A stretch of DNA of 64,000 nt, from assembly GCA_964270895.1 (NCBI GenBank), contig OZ185435.1; one strand, written 5' to 3'. This document shows positions 24,346 through 37,288 of this stretch, piece by piece (positions within the stretch are counted from its first letter, which is position 1; every line of letters begins with the position of its first letter). The notes under the pieces are model-generated. The model was not told the origin of the DNA, did no database searches, and saw only the letters and a program-made list of their open reading frames with translations. The stretch is from Podarcis filfolensis. Its lineage: Eukaryota. Position numbers and translations under genes: made by a program.

Positions 24346-24533
24346 NNNNNNNNNNNNNNNNNNNNNNNNNNNNNNNNNNNNNNNNNNNNNNNNNNNNNNN
24401 NNNNNNNNNNNNNNNNNNNNNNNNNNNNNNNNNNNNNNNNNNNNNNNNNNNNNNNNNNNNNNNNNNNNNNNNNNNNNNNNNNNNNNNNNNNNNNNNNNNN
24501 NNNNNNNNNNNNNNNNNNNNNNNNNNNNNNNNN
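24346..24533. other. Assembly gap (188 N)
   Basis: N run. Confidence 0.99.
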
Positions 24534-25802
24534 GGCAGGTGATTGCAGTCCTTCTGGGAGAATCCAGGGTGAGAGGGACGCTGTGCACTGATCCCTGTGT
24601 AATTAGGACAGCCATGTTTTAACAGTATTTCTAAAGTATTAAAATGGACTAGATAAATCAGCAGGGTTGTTTCCAGTGAACTTGGCATCCATCCACTGTG
24701 ACTGAAATAACATGAAATTTTTCGGCTGCTTGGAAATGTGAAATTGGACTAATTGTATTTTAACTAGTCTGTTGGTGAATTAGCCTGTAGCTGGGAAGAA
24801 AGAGGAATGCTACATGCTTTCAGGTACTGCAGGAAAATAGGAAGGCTTTTATGCTGTTGTTTTATGAGTTTAGCAAAATAAAGGGAACTGTTTTAATATT
24901 ATTATTCTGTGACTAGTCAATGGGGGAAATTATGAACAGATTTAATATGTGAAATACCTTATTTATGAAGTCAGAGATCCCCAGGCTTGTTGTTTTTGTG
25001 ATTTTCTACACCCACAAAAGACATCTATCCATGGAACTGAAGGGGGGGGGGAATTCACTGAGCCCTCCTCTTCCCTGCAACCTACAACCCCCTCCATTCC
25101 CCACAAAAAAATCGCTCCAGGGGGTTGGGGATTCCTCTGGAGCAGATTTTGAGTGTGCATGACAGGCTGGAAGCAAGAGAAATCCCCCAAAATTGCCTTC
25201 CTCCCTATTTAGTTGATGAACGCCTCCTGTCCTCTGAGGAACACCAATTGGATACCACTCTGTGTTCTTTTACTTAAAGGCTTCTATATTCAAAGATGCA
25301 GTTACACGTCAGTACAACAACTCCAGAAAACAGCCCACTGAGACTGTGGTCTTTTTTTAATAAAGAACTGTATTTGAAAAACCCCAACTCCTATACCTAA
25401 TGGCAAGCTGGTTTTGATGAGCTTTCCTTTCCTTTCAACTTTTACTGATTTTCAAAGAGTTAAGCATAATGTCATCAACAAGAAATAATACAGGTCTGTT
25501 GGAGAAAACGAAATGCCAGAATTGTAAATAAATTTCTACAGTCCTCATGCCATTCAGTGGAGGTATCTCTATGTTACCATTTAAGATACTGGAGGTCGAG
25601 TTCACCACTTCCAACTGAGAACAGAGCTAGTATCAGATCCAAGTGAAGGTTCTGGTTGTTAGTGTTATTTAGTTCGGAGAACACCTCCTTCCAGAACTGC
25701 TAAGCAAGAGGCCAGCCCCACCACATGTTGAGCGGCAATCCGCTTTCCCTGCATCCCCTCCAGCACAGTGGCAAAGCATCCTTTATTGCATATTAAAGTT
25801 TA

Positions 25803-25895
25803 ACATACATACATACATACATACATACATAAATAAATAAATAAATAAATAAATTCCTTCCAGTAGCACCTTAGAGACCAACTAAGTTAGTTATT
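25803..25895 (-). mobile_element. Short retroelement terminus (Penelope-like) with an (ATTT)n(ATGT)n tail
   Basis: Minus strand AATAACTAACTTAGTTGGTCTCTAAGGTGCTACTGGAAGGAATTT matches the reconstructed sequence at 47639-48440; the Penelope assignment is from recall. Confidence 0.55.
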
Positions 25896-27165
25896 CAGTG
25901 CAAAAGTAGAAGTCTTTTTGATAAGGAAAAGTCTCACAAACAAGCATTTGCATACCCCCTAAAGTGTCTCCTGGAGTATGATCCAGTATCCCCAGTCCCA
26001 ATCACAAAGTAAAATTGCTGTGACCAATAATTAGGAGAGCAGGAATCACAAGCAGGACACTGTGTTTTATATAGAGTCTTTCTACATCATGCCCGTAGTT
26101 TAGTGACAAAGACATGTAACCATTCCATTTTTAGCATGGTATGATAAACTTTTCAACACCTGTTGAAAGATGGTCTTCTGCTCCAGTTGGAGAAGCATAC
26201 ACCTATCAATGCATCACCAAAAATAAATCTGAGCAGTCTTAGGAGGGAGGTGGTACCCATGGAATGTGAAATGTCAGTTGTTTCACATTAATTTTGATCA
26301 ATATGAAATTATTTTGATAAAGCTTTATATTTAAACTTACAGGTATGATAACCATAAATCTGCAAATAATTATTGCCCATTATCCAAGTGTATTCTTCAA
26401 AAGTATCCTGAAAATATTTTATATGCAACTGCTGCTTCCGTAATGCGTAAATACTTATTTAAAGATTAAAGCTGCAGTCATGGCATAGGTTATGTTCTGC
26501 TCTTATGACTCTGGACTATTATGATCTTCCCTTTTAAATTATTGTAATTTTTTATTTAGCTCCTATGAATGTTGTCTCCTCTATTTTAAGATTGTTCACT
26601 GATTATTTATTGTTAATTTCTCTCTCTCTCAAAAAAAGGAACCATTCATGGGCAGAGTTACTTGAACTTTTCTCTGTACACTCTTTAATCACATGGAATA
26701 AATTCATGGAAAGGAAAATAGTTACTTGACTTGGATAGGATCCTTCTCATCTTGGCAAAAATCAGAAAACTGACTTCCAACAAAATCAAATGGGTATAAT
26801 AATTAAGAAGGGATTTCTCCTTTCATATGCATGATTTGGAAGTGACAGGACTTTGGAAAAATCCCAAGATTCCCAATGATTATCTAGTCGTCATTTTTAT
26901 TTGATTATATCCAAGTAGTAGATGTTTAGACAAAAATTGTTTCCAGGAATTGGTTCCTATGGTTGTACTTCAGGGAGCAAAATGCTTAACATTATAATTA
27001 GCAAATATAAAGCAACTCAAGCCAACTATTCAAAGAGGAGACTAATTAAAATGGTTTGAGCATCAGAGTATGAATTCAGAAGCTTCACCCAAAGTGTTTC
27101 CTAGTCATCACACCTCACCTAAAAAGAATGATCAGGGTTCTGTTTATATGACCATTCCTTCAACC

Positions 27166-27305
27166 TGCTGGCATCAGTTGGTCTCGGGAGAAAATGGGTG
27201 CCTTTGGGGGTGAAGTCAAACCATTGTAGAGTTACAGCTCCTGCTGTGGCTGTAGATACTGAAATGGGAGAGACATGTTTTGTTGCAGCTGGGGCAGAGA
27301 AAGAC
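27166..27305 (-). mobile_element. RTE-clade LINE 3' end fragment
   Basis: Minus-strand FLCPSCNKTCLSHFSIYSHSRSCNS. Confidence 0.7.
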
Positions 27306-27497
27306 AAACCTTTTTTGAAACTTAACGGATTCCAGTTGTAGGAACGTGTTATTATTTTTATTATTATTAGTCAAAGTGACTTGCACAAATGGATCATGAA
27401 GAGAAGGATATTCCAGAACTTCTAAATACAAATAACCTCATAGAGTTTTACTCCATCAGGAACATTGCAAATAATATTTCAACTGCACAACAGAAAC

Positions 27498-27631
27498 CCT
27501 CTCCTTCCTTGGAAGTTTTTTAGCAGAGGTTGGATGGCCATCTGTCATGGATGCTTTAGCTAAGATTCCTGCATTGCAGGGGGTTGGACTGGATGACCCT
27601 TGGGGTCCATTCCAACTCCACGATTCTGTGA
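27498..27631 (+). mobile_element. CR1 LINE 3' end
   Basis: TTCCTGCATTGCAGGGGGTTGGACTGGATGACCCTTGGGGTCCATTCCAACTCCACGATTCTGTGA, a typical CR1 3' terminus. Confidence 0.8.
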
Positions 27632-30600
27632 CCCAGTGATAGGTAGCTGTATGCTGAAGGGAAGGAGGGAGGGAAGCAAAAAGGTGGCTGATACTGCAGT
27701 GGCCCTCGGGTGCATGCTTCCTGCAGCTGGCTTTACTTGGGTCTTGCAACCCTATGCTGGGACATTGCAAGTGTTGGGAAGAGGGCTAGACCTCCCTTAT
27801 TTACTCCTGATATGTTTTGTGGCTAAAACACTGGTTGCTGGCCCTCTTGGAGAGAAAGCTAAGTGGGAGAATAAGGTACTAGGCTGCTTGGACCATTTGT
27901 GATCCACAAATGCCTATGCCTCCTAAGAGTTACAGAGGAAACTTCTGAAAGAAATGTTGACTAAGTATTGAGGTTTCGGTGTGTGACCTAGAGCCTATAC
28001 ACAAATCTCATCCATCACATCATACTTTCTATGCCAATTTCAAGCACTTAGTCTTGTGAACCAAAAAAAGTTCAAGTAGATAAAATTAAGTGAGCCAGCT
28101 CACATATGCTGGGGCCAAAGTCCAGTTCCAAAGCACTGAAGGATGAAGGAATGTCATCAAGACTCATAGATCCAGGTTTGTGTGGCTTGCCTTAAAAACA
28201 GGGCGGAATTTAATACTCCTGTAGTAGGGAATCTCTCTCATTCCCCCAACCAATGAACGCCCACTCTCCAATTCCCTAAATCTCCTCCCTCCACCCTGAT
28301 TTATACTAATACTCTGGCAGAAATAAGTGCTGGAGGAAGAACAGAAAACAAGTATTTCAGGAAAAGACTAGAAAGACGGGAGTTTGAAGACATACACAAC
28401 ATTATATAGGTAGATTCATCTGCGCAGCCACAGGGAAATAACAATTTCTGATTTGACTGCTGAAGCAGACCCTGTCCTTTAAGTATACTGCATATAAAGA
28501 ATACATTTTAATTTGAATACTGATGATGTAGGAGGGAAAGTAGAAAGCTGTCTACAACAGTGAGCTTTAACTAACCTTGTATAACTCCTTCCCCCAAAAT
28601 GCTTAGACCCCGATGCATTACACGTTGCTTCTGCTATTCTACTCAGGAAAGAAAGACACTAGACCTTTGCAATTGTGCTCTAATGTTGTTTCTGAACCTC
28701 ATGTACAGAAGCAGTCGCTTTCCCAGTGGGGAAATTTCCGCATCGTAGAATTCTTACTTCCTTAGGTACAGAAATAATGCTGAAGCAAATTCTTCCATAC
28801 GTTCAGAAAGGGTTTAGAATGTTAGCTAACTGCTTCCCGTCTCTCACTGGGGAAGAAACCTTTTAAGGGTGTCATGGCCAGATAAGGAAGTGCATTCAAA
28901 GGGCTTTCTAGATGAAGGGATAGCAATTCCCAGTGGTCTACAAGTTTATTCAACCAGGGCTATTGTCTCATTGTGAGTAAAGATAGAACAGGCATGGGTG
29001 ACTGACTAAACCAAACCTCCCTTGGTAATAGATTCATGATGTTATAAACCATTACATGATGAAAATCAGTAAGGCCAACCAAAATTATGGGCCCTGCTGC
29101 CTGATGGCAGGCACCTTTCTGTCATTTATACACCTCAGAAATGACAAATACGCCGCAAAAAAAGAAAAGTGAAAACATTAAATAAGAAAAGGAACTAGAA
29201 AACAGTTTACTTGTCAGCATAACACTTGCTGAGGTGAAAACACAATGGGTGCTCTCCTCCATTGGATTTATCGCCATAAACAGAAGAGAGGGTCCCATAG
29301 AAATAGATGTTGATCTGGTTGCATTGTTGTTTCTTTGCCCTAACATCCATTATTAAGCATTTTCCCCTGATTATATATTACTGTATTATAAATATTGTCA
29401 GCGCTATAAACCAGACAGGCATGGAATAATAATAATAATAATAATAATTTGTTATCTACTCTTCACTGTAATGGGTTACATCTCAGAAATACCGTACAAT
29501 AAAGATTTCAAACAGCCACACCCCAAACCACCAATACCTTACCGACTAAACCATAATATATATTACTGTGCCAAACAATTAATTGATTTTAAAATACCAC
29601 AGTTTATTTTGAACCTGATTATATATATATATTTAAAAAGGTAAATATTAATCAAAAAATGGAAGTCACAGTTCCGCAGCCAACTAAATAAGCTGAAACC
29701 GTAGGCTGCCATTTTGCTGATTTCCAGCATTTTTAGAGCACTGAAAGTTTAACTGATTGTGCCAATGTGTGGCTTCCACAATCTTAAACAGATTTGTTAA
29801 ATCTGAGTTTACTGCTTATTTTCAAGTCAGTCAAAGAGCCTGATCTACAAATAGTTTCTGTAATCCAGAGATCCATGGCACCAACTCGGCTGAGGCATTA
29901 GACACTCTTGATCAGCAGTTCCCTATTTGTGAGATGGGATAGTGTACTCCTGTTCAAGATTTCAAAAGTCGAAATGGGCAAGCTCTTCACACTGTGCCTC
30001 ATCTCTGCTAGTATACAGATTCGTTATCCTGCAAATGTGGTCTTGGTCTTGTTTACAGATTTCACAACAAGCCACTTTCCCCCGTAAAAAACTGAGCATT
30101 GTATTCCATACAGGGGCACAGACTAAGAAAACACTGGCTCTCTCCTTAGTTTGCTAAGCTTTCTTCTTCTGTTCATGTGATAGATGGGCATTTTATAAGC
30201 ATTATGGTTAACATGATGGCTCTGATACAGTGATTGTTCATGCTGAGATGGCTGAATTGCTTTTTTAAAAGTTATAATACCACAAGATGGTAGAACAGGA
30301 TACTAGGACTCTATTTCAATAGAATAAATATCTCTATTTGTATGCTGTTTCAGTGTTTTACGATTACATGTTCAAAAGTGTATGAAATATAGAGAATATT
30401 ACTGGGAATGTAAATGGGTGCTAAAATAAATGTATCTGTATCCTCCCCCTCCCTATACTGCCTTTTTATTGTTGTTTCTACTTTTTGTAACTCGTAGTTA
30501 TCATTATGTTTATATTAATGCCAGGGATGCAGGCGCTGTGTTTTTCTGAGATTATTTAACTTGCTATGCAGGTACTAGCTGTCAATCAAGGCTAATCAAA

Positions 30601-32194
30601 CTGGCACAGTTAACATGATACATCATAAAATTTCACAGTAATGTCAACCTGTAATTCTGTCAATCTGGTTAAGAGAAATTGACTAAAAACAATATTGTCA
30701 TTTTGTAATAACAGAGAAACAGAGTTTTAATGTCACCACAGTCTTTTGGCTGCACAGTGTTCTGGTTTGATATCAGGATTCTCCTTTAGTGACAATTGCT
30801 CATATGGCCACTGCATTTATTTTGTGTTATTTTGATGCTGTTTTGGCATTTTTATGATGAATTGAGACAGTTGTCTCCCATGATTTCTTTAAGACTCTTG
30901 TCTTTGTTGAACTAGAATCATACAAGTGCAGAGCTTACTATTAAGAGAGATTTCTTTTTCGAACCAAACCTGTATGTCCTGTGTTCAATTTGGGCTGCAT
31001 AAACACCATGCATTTAAAGTACATTTCTCTCCCCACTCCCCAGCCAATCCTGGGAATTGTAGTTGGTTAAGGGTGCTAGGAGCTTTAGCTCTGTTTTACT
31101 CCAGCAGGAACATTGCAACTGTAGTTGCCAAGATTTTGGTAGGTACATGTCAGCATTCAGCCTTTGTGGAATGAAATTGCCCATTGTGGCACCTTGGATG
31201 CTGATAGTGCTCTATCTTGTTCACCATGTTCTCAGTTTATGCCTCCCTCACCATCCCAGAGGGGGGAAACCTATACCAGGCTTCCATTAAGCATCTGGGA
31301 CCTGACCTGATTGCTTCTTTTTGTTAGTCTGGGGACCAGGAGGAGACAAGAAGTGAATGGGCCTTGCCTTCACATTTACTTGGAAGAGCTGAAACAGAGT
31401 ATTTAACTTCTTGGTGAAGCACTTAGTATTCAAGATGTCTATTCCCACTCTGTTTTGGTTGCTTTTGCACTTGTCTTTCTTCATCAAGACACTGTTTAAT
31501 TGAAACTGGGGGTGGGTGGGTCCCTGCTTCTTTGACCCAGAGATTCACCTGTGCCTACTCAGTATCTATCATTTGTGAAATTTTATGCACATTTTATTGT
31601 AAGTTATTTAAGCTACCTTTTCTTGAATCATTAGAAATTTGTGTAGCAAAAGTTGAAGCAAACCAATTATATTTTCAGGCAAATTGGTACAGTATTTAGT
31701 ATTTTTAAGGGCATGTTTGGAACACTGTACCTACTAATTTAGAGAAAATAGATACCATGGTATCTACTCTACAGGGTTATTAGGCACCAAATTGGCAAAG
31801 ATTAAAAGCTCCTGTATATTTTGAGAAGTTATAGTAATGGCATGCCCTGTTTTACTGCCAGAAGTACTTGGCTAGAATTATATGCTTATGTTCTAGATTA
31901 AATGAATGGCTAAAAGTAAATTAATCTTGGGGTTGTGAAAATGTTTTGAATTCATTGCATTTTGTAATCTCCTTGTTTTTAATTGGCTTTTAATTTGTAG
32001 TTGTGCAAACATACTGCAGTACAGAGACAGAGTGTACTGCTTTTGACTCTCACAGTGAAGAAATAAAGATAGATAAGAAACAACCCAGACCCTGCAGCCA
32101 TCATCTGAGGTTCTTCTTTGTGTACCTCCTTCCTCCACAAGAGGTCCAGAGGTTGGCAACTTGAGAACAGGTCTTTTCTGCATTGACACTAAGT

Positions 32195-32435
32195 TCATGG
32201 AATGCTCCCCAGGAGGCTGCCTGGCACCTTTGTTACATATCTTTAGATGCCATGCAGAAAATATTCCACTTTTCCCAGGCCTTTGACTAATTAAACAATC
32301 TATGGCCCTTTAAACTGTGTGTGTGTGTGTGTTATTGTTTTCGTTTGTTACTATGGTATATTTTTTGTGTTTTTATACTGTAAGCTGCATTGTGATGCTC
32401 GGATAAAGGGCAGCATAGAAATGTAATAAATAAAT
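32195..32435 (+). mobile_element. Degenerate L2 LINE 3' end
   Basis: WNAPQEAAWHL-like decayed L2 C-terminus, GT-rich UTR and TAAA tail. Confidence 0.55.
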
Positions 32436-33029
32436 CATACATACATACATACTGATCCTGAAAAACAGAGCTTAATTAAAATGTGGAATGCAGCTGACAA
32501 AATCTGAAAGTCACAGCCATGACAATGAAACTCACCCTTCCAGTCTAAGACAGTTGGGAATTGCTAGAGATTATTCAGTAACATGCCTATGTTATAGAAC
32601 TAAAGAATGCAGACATGTTTCTTTATTAAACTTCATTGGCACACAGTAACTGGTTGTAAGATGCTTTGGGATTGTTGTTTTTTAATGAAGGCTGTTTCTC
32701 ACATGATGAGAAATGGCAGCAAGCAGGTACATGAGTGCAATTGCATTTCCACTTTCTTATGGCATGTGAAAAAGGAAGCTTACACATATTTTCCTTTGGA
32801 GAAATAAATGTGAACTGCATACATCTGGAATCCCACAGCTTACTGGTGTAAGGAGAGAGATATTAATGTGTTCTCTGTTGTGTAGGAATCAGTGGAAGGC
32901 AGAAGCACAAGTACATCAGCCTTTTTGTAATATGCAAACTGCCTTGCAGAGTATCAGAAAAAAGTTCTGAGGTAAAATATTTCAAAATGTGGTGTAAAAA
33001 AATGTGGGAATCATAAATTGGGAGAGCAG

Positions 33030-33150
33030 TCCCCATAACTGGGGAGAGCGCTCAGGTCCTGCTTGCGATTATCCACTGTGAGCATCTGGTTATCCACTGT
33101 GAGAGCAGGGTGGGCCTTGGGCCTGATCCAACAGAGCTCTTCTTACTTTG
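33030..33150 (+). mobile_element. LINE/SINE 3' UTR remnant (CR1/L2-related)
   Basis: CTCAGGTCCTGCTTGCG...GGCCTGATCCAACAGAGCTCTTCTTA, with an internal 14-bp duplication TTATCCACTGTGAG. Confidence 0.45.
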
Positions 33151-33525
33151 TTGGTATGGAAACAGGAATGGTTATAGATATAAAGTTACTGTGCTTACAT
33201 GAAAGGTGGAAAGGCTAGTGGAAACCCTAACTTTTGCTTTGTGTGCTGGCTGCTGTCAGTTGCTACAGTTGTGAAAAAAGCTGCTATAGGCTTTAACAGT
33301 GGCTCACAGTTAGACCTGTCACCTTTTACATTAAACAAGGGGATTCAAAAGTTTAATTCTTTCATGTTGCAATTCAGGAACCTTCTATTAGCTTTAATAA
33401 GCCCATAGTTATAGACCAATGAGCTGGTAGCAACAGTTGTAATTCAGACCCATCTGTCAGAAAATCCCAAGTAAACTTGTGCATACGGGCAGTCACTGTG
33501 CTGTCCGGGGTCTGCCTGACTAGAG

Positions 33526-33661
33526 CAGGTATAGGCAAACTCAGCCCTCCAGATGTTTTTGGCCTACAACTCCCATGATCCCTAGCTAGCAGGACCAGTA
33601 GTCAGGTATGATGGGAATTGTAGGCCAAAAACATCTGGAGGGCCGAGTTTGCCTATGCCTG
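33526..33661. mobile_element. hAT MITE family A
   Basis: TIR CAGGTATAGGCAAAC / GTTTGCCTATGCCTG; TSD GACTAGAG at 33518-33525 and 33662-33669. Confidence 0.93.
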
Positions 33662-33904
33662 GACTAGAGTGTTTTCTGGTGGTCACCTGCAGGGGAAGCA
33701 CTAAGGCCATTGAAGGCAGAAGCCGTGAGAACCAGTGAGGAGTGGAAGACTCCAGAAGGGGTTCCCTGGGTAAACTTTTGACCAGAGTGAAAGCAGTAGG
33801 CAGTTAATCTCAGGAAGACTTCAGGGAAGGCAACTGTGTAGTATGAACAATGATTTCAAGGAAAACTGAAGCAAGCCTATGAGAGCGGGGCGGGGGCGGG
33901 GGAG

Positions 33905-33912
<8 letters not shown>

Positions 33913-33952
<40 letters not shown>
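33913..33952. repeat. (AG)n microsatellite
   Basis: Direct reading. Confidence 0.95.
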
Positions 33953-33958
<6 letters not shown>

Positions 33959-35460
33959 TGTCACAAGAAGCTGAAAAACGAATTGTGAATGACTGCTGAA
34001 AGGGACTGTTCAACCCTGTATCTATCCAGTAAGGTCCTGACCAGAGAGAAAACTGCAGGTGTTCTTCCTCTTTCCAGGAGAAATACGAATACAGTCTACA
34101 TAAATTAGGTGTCTATATGTGTGTGTGTGTGTGCACGCGCACGCGTGTGTGTGTTTTATCTTGCAAATAATTATCTCTGTGAGTTTATCCCATGCCAGTA
34201 GTCTTAATTCACTCTTGGTGGTTTACTAAGGACACAAGTTTTTGTTGAAGTTTTATGGTGGCAGCAGAATTATGAGGTGGTAGGGAAGCAGAGTATACTT
34301 AGAATATAATTTGAGGAAGGCTTGTAAGATCCCCCACATTTGGTGTTGGTGAAATGGAATAGACACCTGCCTTTTTTCATAGGCCCAAAGGAGCAACTTC
34401 AGAAAATGCTGGATACATGTGATTTTCCTCCTAGTTGTTTTTATATGGAATATACTGTGTTGTAGTGTATAATGAATCACCTAGGTTATTTGATCTTTTG
34501 TCAAGAGATGGCTCATTCATTTGTAAACCTGGGAAAAGTTTAGAGGTAAGTTTTATGTAAGATGGATGTTCAACAATTAGGACTCTTAAATTGCAGGTCT
34601 AGGAGTTGAAGGCGAAAAAGAAATGATAAATGAATCTAAGAGATCTATAAATGAAACATGGCCAATACTAGAAGCAGAGAGCAATGCGAAGGATCAGAAA
34701 AGTAATTGGAGAACACAGTGTTTGAGAGACAGTAACGAGTAGCAACTGGATGTCAATATGAACTGGCATAAGGGAAAGTAGGAACTCCTTTAAAAATACT
34801 GTGTAGTTTACCCAAGGTCATGAGTGAGATCAAATTTTATGGATACTAATGATGAATTGTTTCACATCTGGTTTATAGCAGAGCTAGTTGGTTTTACAAA
34901 AATGATGCATATAAAATTAGTAATAATGAGCTATGGAGGAAAAAGAGGTAGTTATCCCTACCCCCAAAAGCAATGGATGTAAAAGTGGCTGAAGTAATTA
35001 TTATAAAGAACCGCAGCAAATAAACATTTGCAAGATGGGGATTATAGCCGGGGGTATCGAGATCTGATTTATTAAACAGAAAACAGCTAGTGTATGTGAG
35101 TGCTACGAGACTGCGTATAAATCAGGGAGCCCATCAGCATCAGAGGAGAATGCTCTGCTGGCTGCCACTTACCAGAGTGTTTCACTTTGTTCCTGCTGAC
35201 ATCTGTGATTGAGGTCAGTTTCTCCTCCCGTTTTTCTTTGCCTTGTTGTGTTGTAAGTTTTGCTACTTTCCTATAATGTATTCAGCTTCTTCTTTATATT
35301 TCACTTCTGTCAAGGGGTAGTTAACAGTTCTCAGTTCGGCACATGTAAATTTGATTAATTTATTTTAGAGAATTCTGATTTCCGACCAGCTGGTCTCCAA
35401 AACAGCCATTTGCTGTCATTAGGACTTTAGACCCCTGTTCTTTTTCTTTTCCACATGCTT

Positions 35461-35463
<3 letters not shown>

Positions 35464-35494
<31 letters not shown>
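35464..35494. repeat. (GT)n microsatellite
   Basis: Direct reading. Confidence 0.95.
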
Positions 35495-35495
<1 letters not shown>

Positions 35496-36210
35496 GCAGT
35501 GAATGCCACCCTATGTAACCAGGCTATAGAGGAAAGGGAAAAGTAGTCTTGAGTTGAAGCTAGCAAAGAAAATAAAGTTTATATTCCTATAGAATAGCTT
35601 TCTGGTAAGGAGTCTTTTCCAATACACAGTAGTACTTAATAGAGGTGTACTTTTAGCAATTCCTTATATAGTGAAGCTGTACCAAAGTGTTCAGAGACCC
35701 AGGTGAAAGGTAAACCTTTGTGAAAACAAGTGTGGTGAGTTTGCCATCAGAAACATTTTAAAGTAAAAAATGAATACAGTTGCAGAACTGGCATTGCTGT
35801 CTAAGCAAGTGAAATTCACTTAGGTAAAAGTAGTGTGCGTGTGGAAGAAAAGAGAAGGCAAGAAACTATTTTGATAAAGCAGAAGTATATGGAAGCCTCT
35901 TTAAATAACAAGTACTTAAAGCAAAACCACTTAATTAAAAATGTGTGTGTGTGGGGGGGGAATACAGTTGAGGTCTGCCCTGCCATTGGCCAAGAGTAGA
36001 GAGTTATGTTTTTTAAAAAATTATGTACAGCATGCAAATTTTATCCACGGCACAGTGACACACAATGAAAGTTGTTAATTCTAAAACTTAACCTGCGATA
36101 GACTGTATAAGAGCTGTAATAAGATTTTGAAAAAAGAGAGAATGCTGACCTTAAAGAATATTGAAAGTGGAGTCAAAGAAACAGATTACACACACACACA
36201 CACACACACA

Positions 36211-36423
36211 CAGTGGTACCTTCCAAAGGTCCATTCTTAACCTGAAACTGTTCTTAACCTGAGGTACCACTTTAGCTAATGGGGCCTCCTGCTGCCGCTG
36301 CCACGCGATGTCTGTTCTCATCCTGAGGTAAAGTTCTTAACCCGAGGTACTACTTCCGGGTTAGCGGAGTCTATAACCTGAAGTTTCTGTAACACAAGGT
36401 TTTAGCAACCGAAGGTACCACTG
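36211..36423. mobile_element. Tc1/mariner (Tigger-like) MITE
   Basis: TIR CAGTGGTACCTT / AAGGTACCACTG; TA on the right, TA(CA)n on the left. Confidence 0.88.
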
Positions 36424-36479
36424 TATGTGTGTGTGTGTGGAGAGGGAGAGAGAGAGATTGGGCCTTTTTTTTTTTACAA

Positions 36480-36810
36480 GTTTTCTGTCAAACCTACCAA
36501 TGAATGTAGTTGTTTACAGTAATTTTTCAAATACATTATATACGTCCCTCATTCTTTATTAAAGTTTGATTCTTCCTGGCTCCTAATTCTTCCTGTAAGT
36601 TTTGCCAATTCATCATAGTTCATTAATTTTATCTGCCACTCTTCCTTGGTTGGAACTGTATTTTCTTTCCATCTCTGGGCTAACAATATTTGGGCAGCTG
36701 TGGTCACATACATAAACAATTTCTTCTGGTTCTTATCTAGACAGTAGATACCTGGCAGTGGCTTTCCATGGTCTCACGCAAATACCTTTCCCATTAACTA
36801 CTACCTGGAG
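36480..36810 (-). mobile_element. L1 LINE ORF2 C-terminal fragment
   Basis: Minus-strand KKLFMYVTTAAQILLAQRWKENTVPTKEEWQIKLMNYDELAKLTGRIR. Confidence 0.75.
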
Positions 36811-37242
36811 GTGCCAGGAATCAGTGCCATGAACTTTCGGCATACAAAACATTTCTCTGTGGCATGCTATGATCCCTCTACCATTCCAATATCTATATTG
36901 CTTTCATTTCTTTCTTTCCATCACCTGCCACTGCTGCACCCTTTTAAAAGCTACTTAAAAGCTTTTAAAAGCTACGCATTCGAGGACTGTGGTTTTGTTG
37001 TCTTGACTACAAACTGCAAGTCTTCTTTGGCTTTCTGTAGCTATCCAGGTACAATTATTTAAATATCAACCTCCTTCTCCTATTCAGTTTATGACTTTCC
37101 GTCCTGCTAACAATACCATGCATGAAAGCATGTGTTCTCCATGTCTGCTTCACTTTTAGGAAATTCCTTTACACAAAACTCTTAAGGCTTAGAGGTTTGC
37201 CCAAGTCCAAGCTTAAACATCTTCTAAAAGCAGCAGAAGACC

Positions 37243-37244
<2 letters not shown>

Positions 37245-37288
<44 letters not shown>
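37245..37288. repeat. (TTA)n microsatellite
   Basis: Direct reading. Confidence 0.95.

Noticed and set aside
33886-33903. GGGGCGGGGGCGGGGG as a G-quadruplex or promoter GC boxes
   Set aside because: Only three G-tracts and no CpG island; it sits beside a microsatellite in a probable repeat remnant
33455-34060. Possible solo LTR starting TGTCAG
   Set aside because: No matching CA end or TSD found
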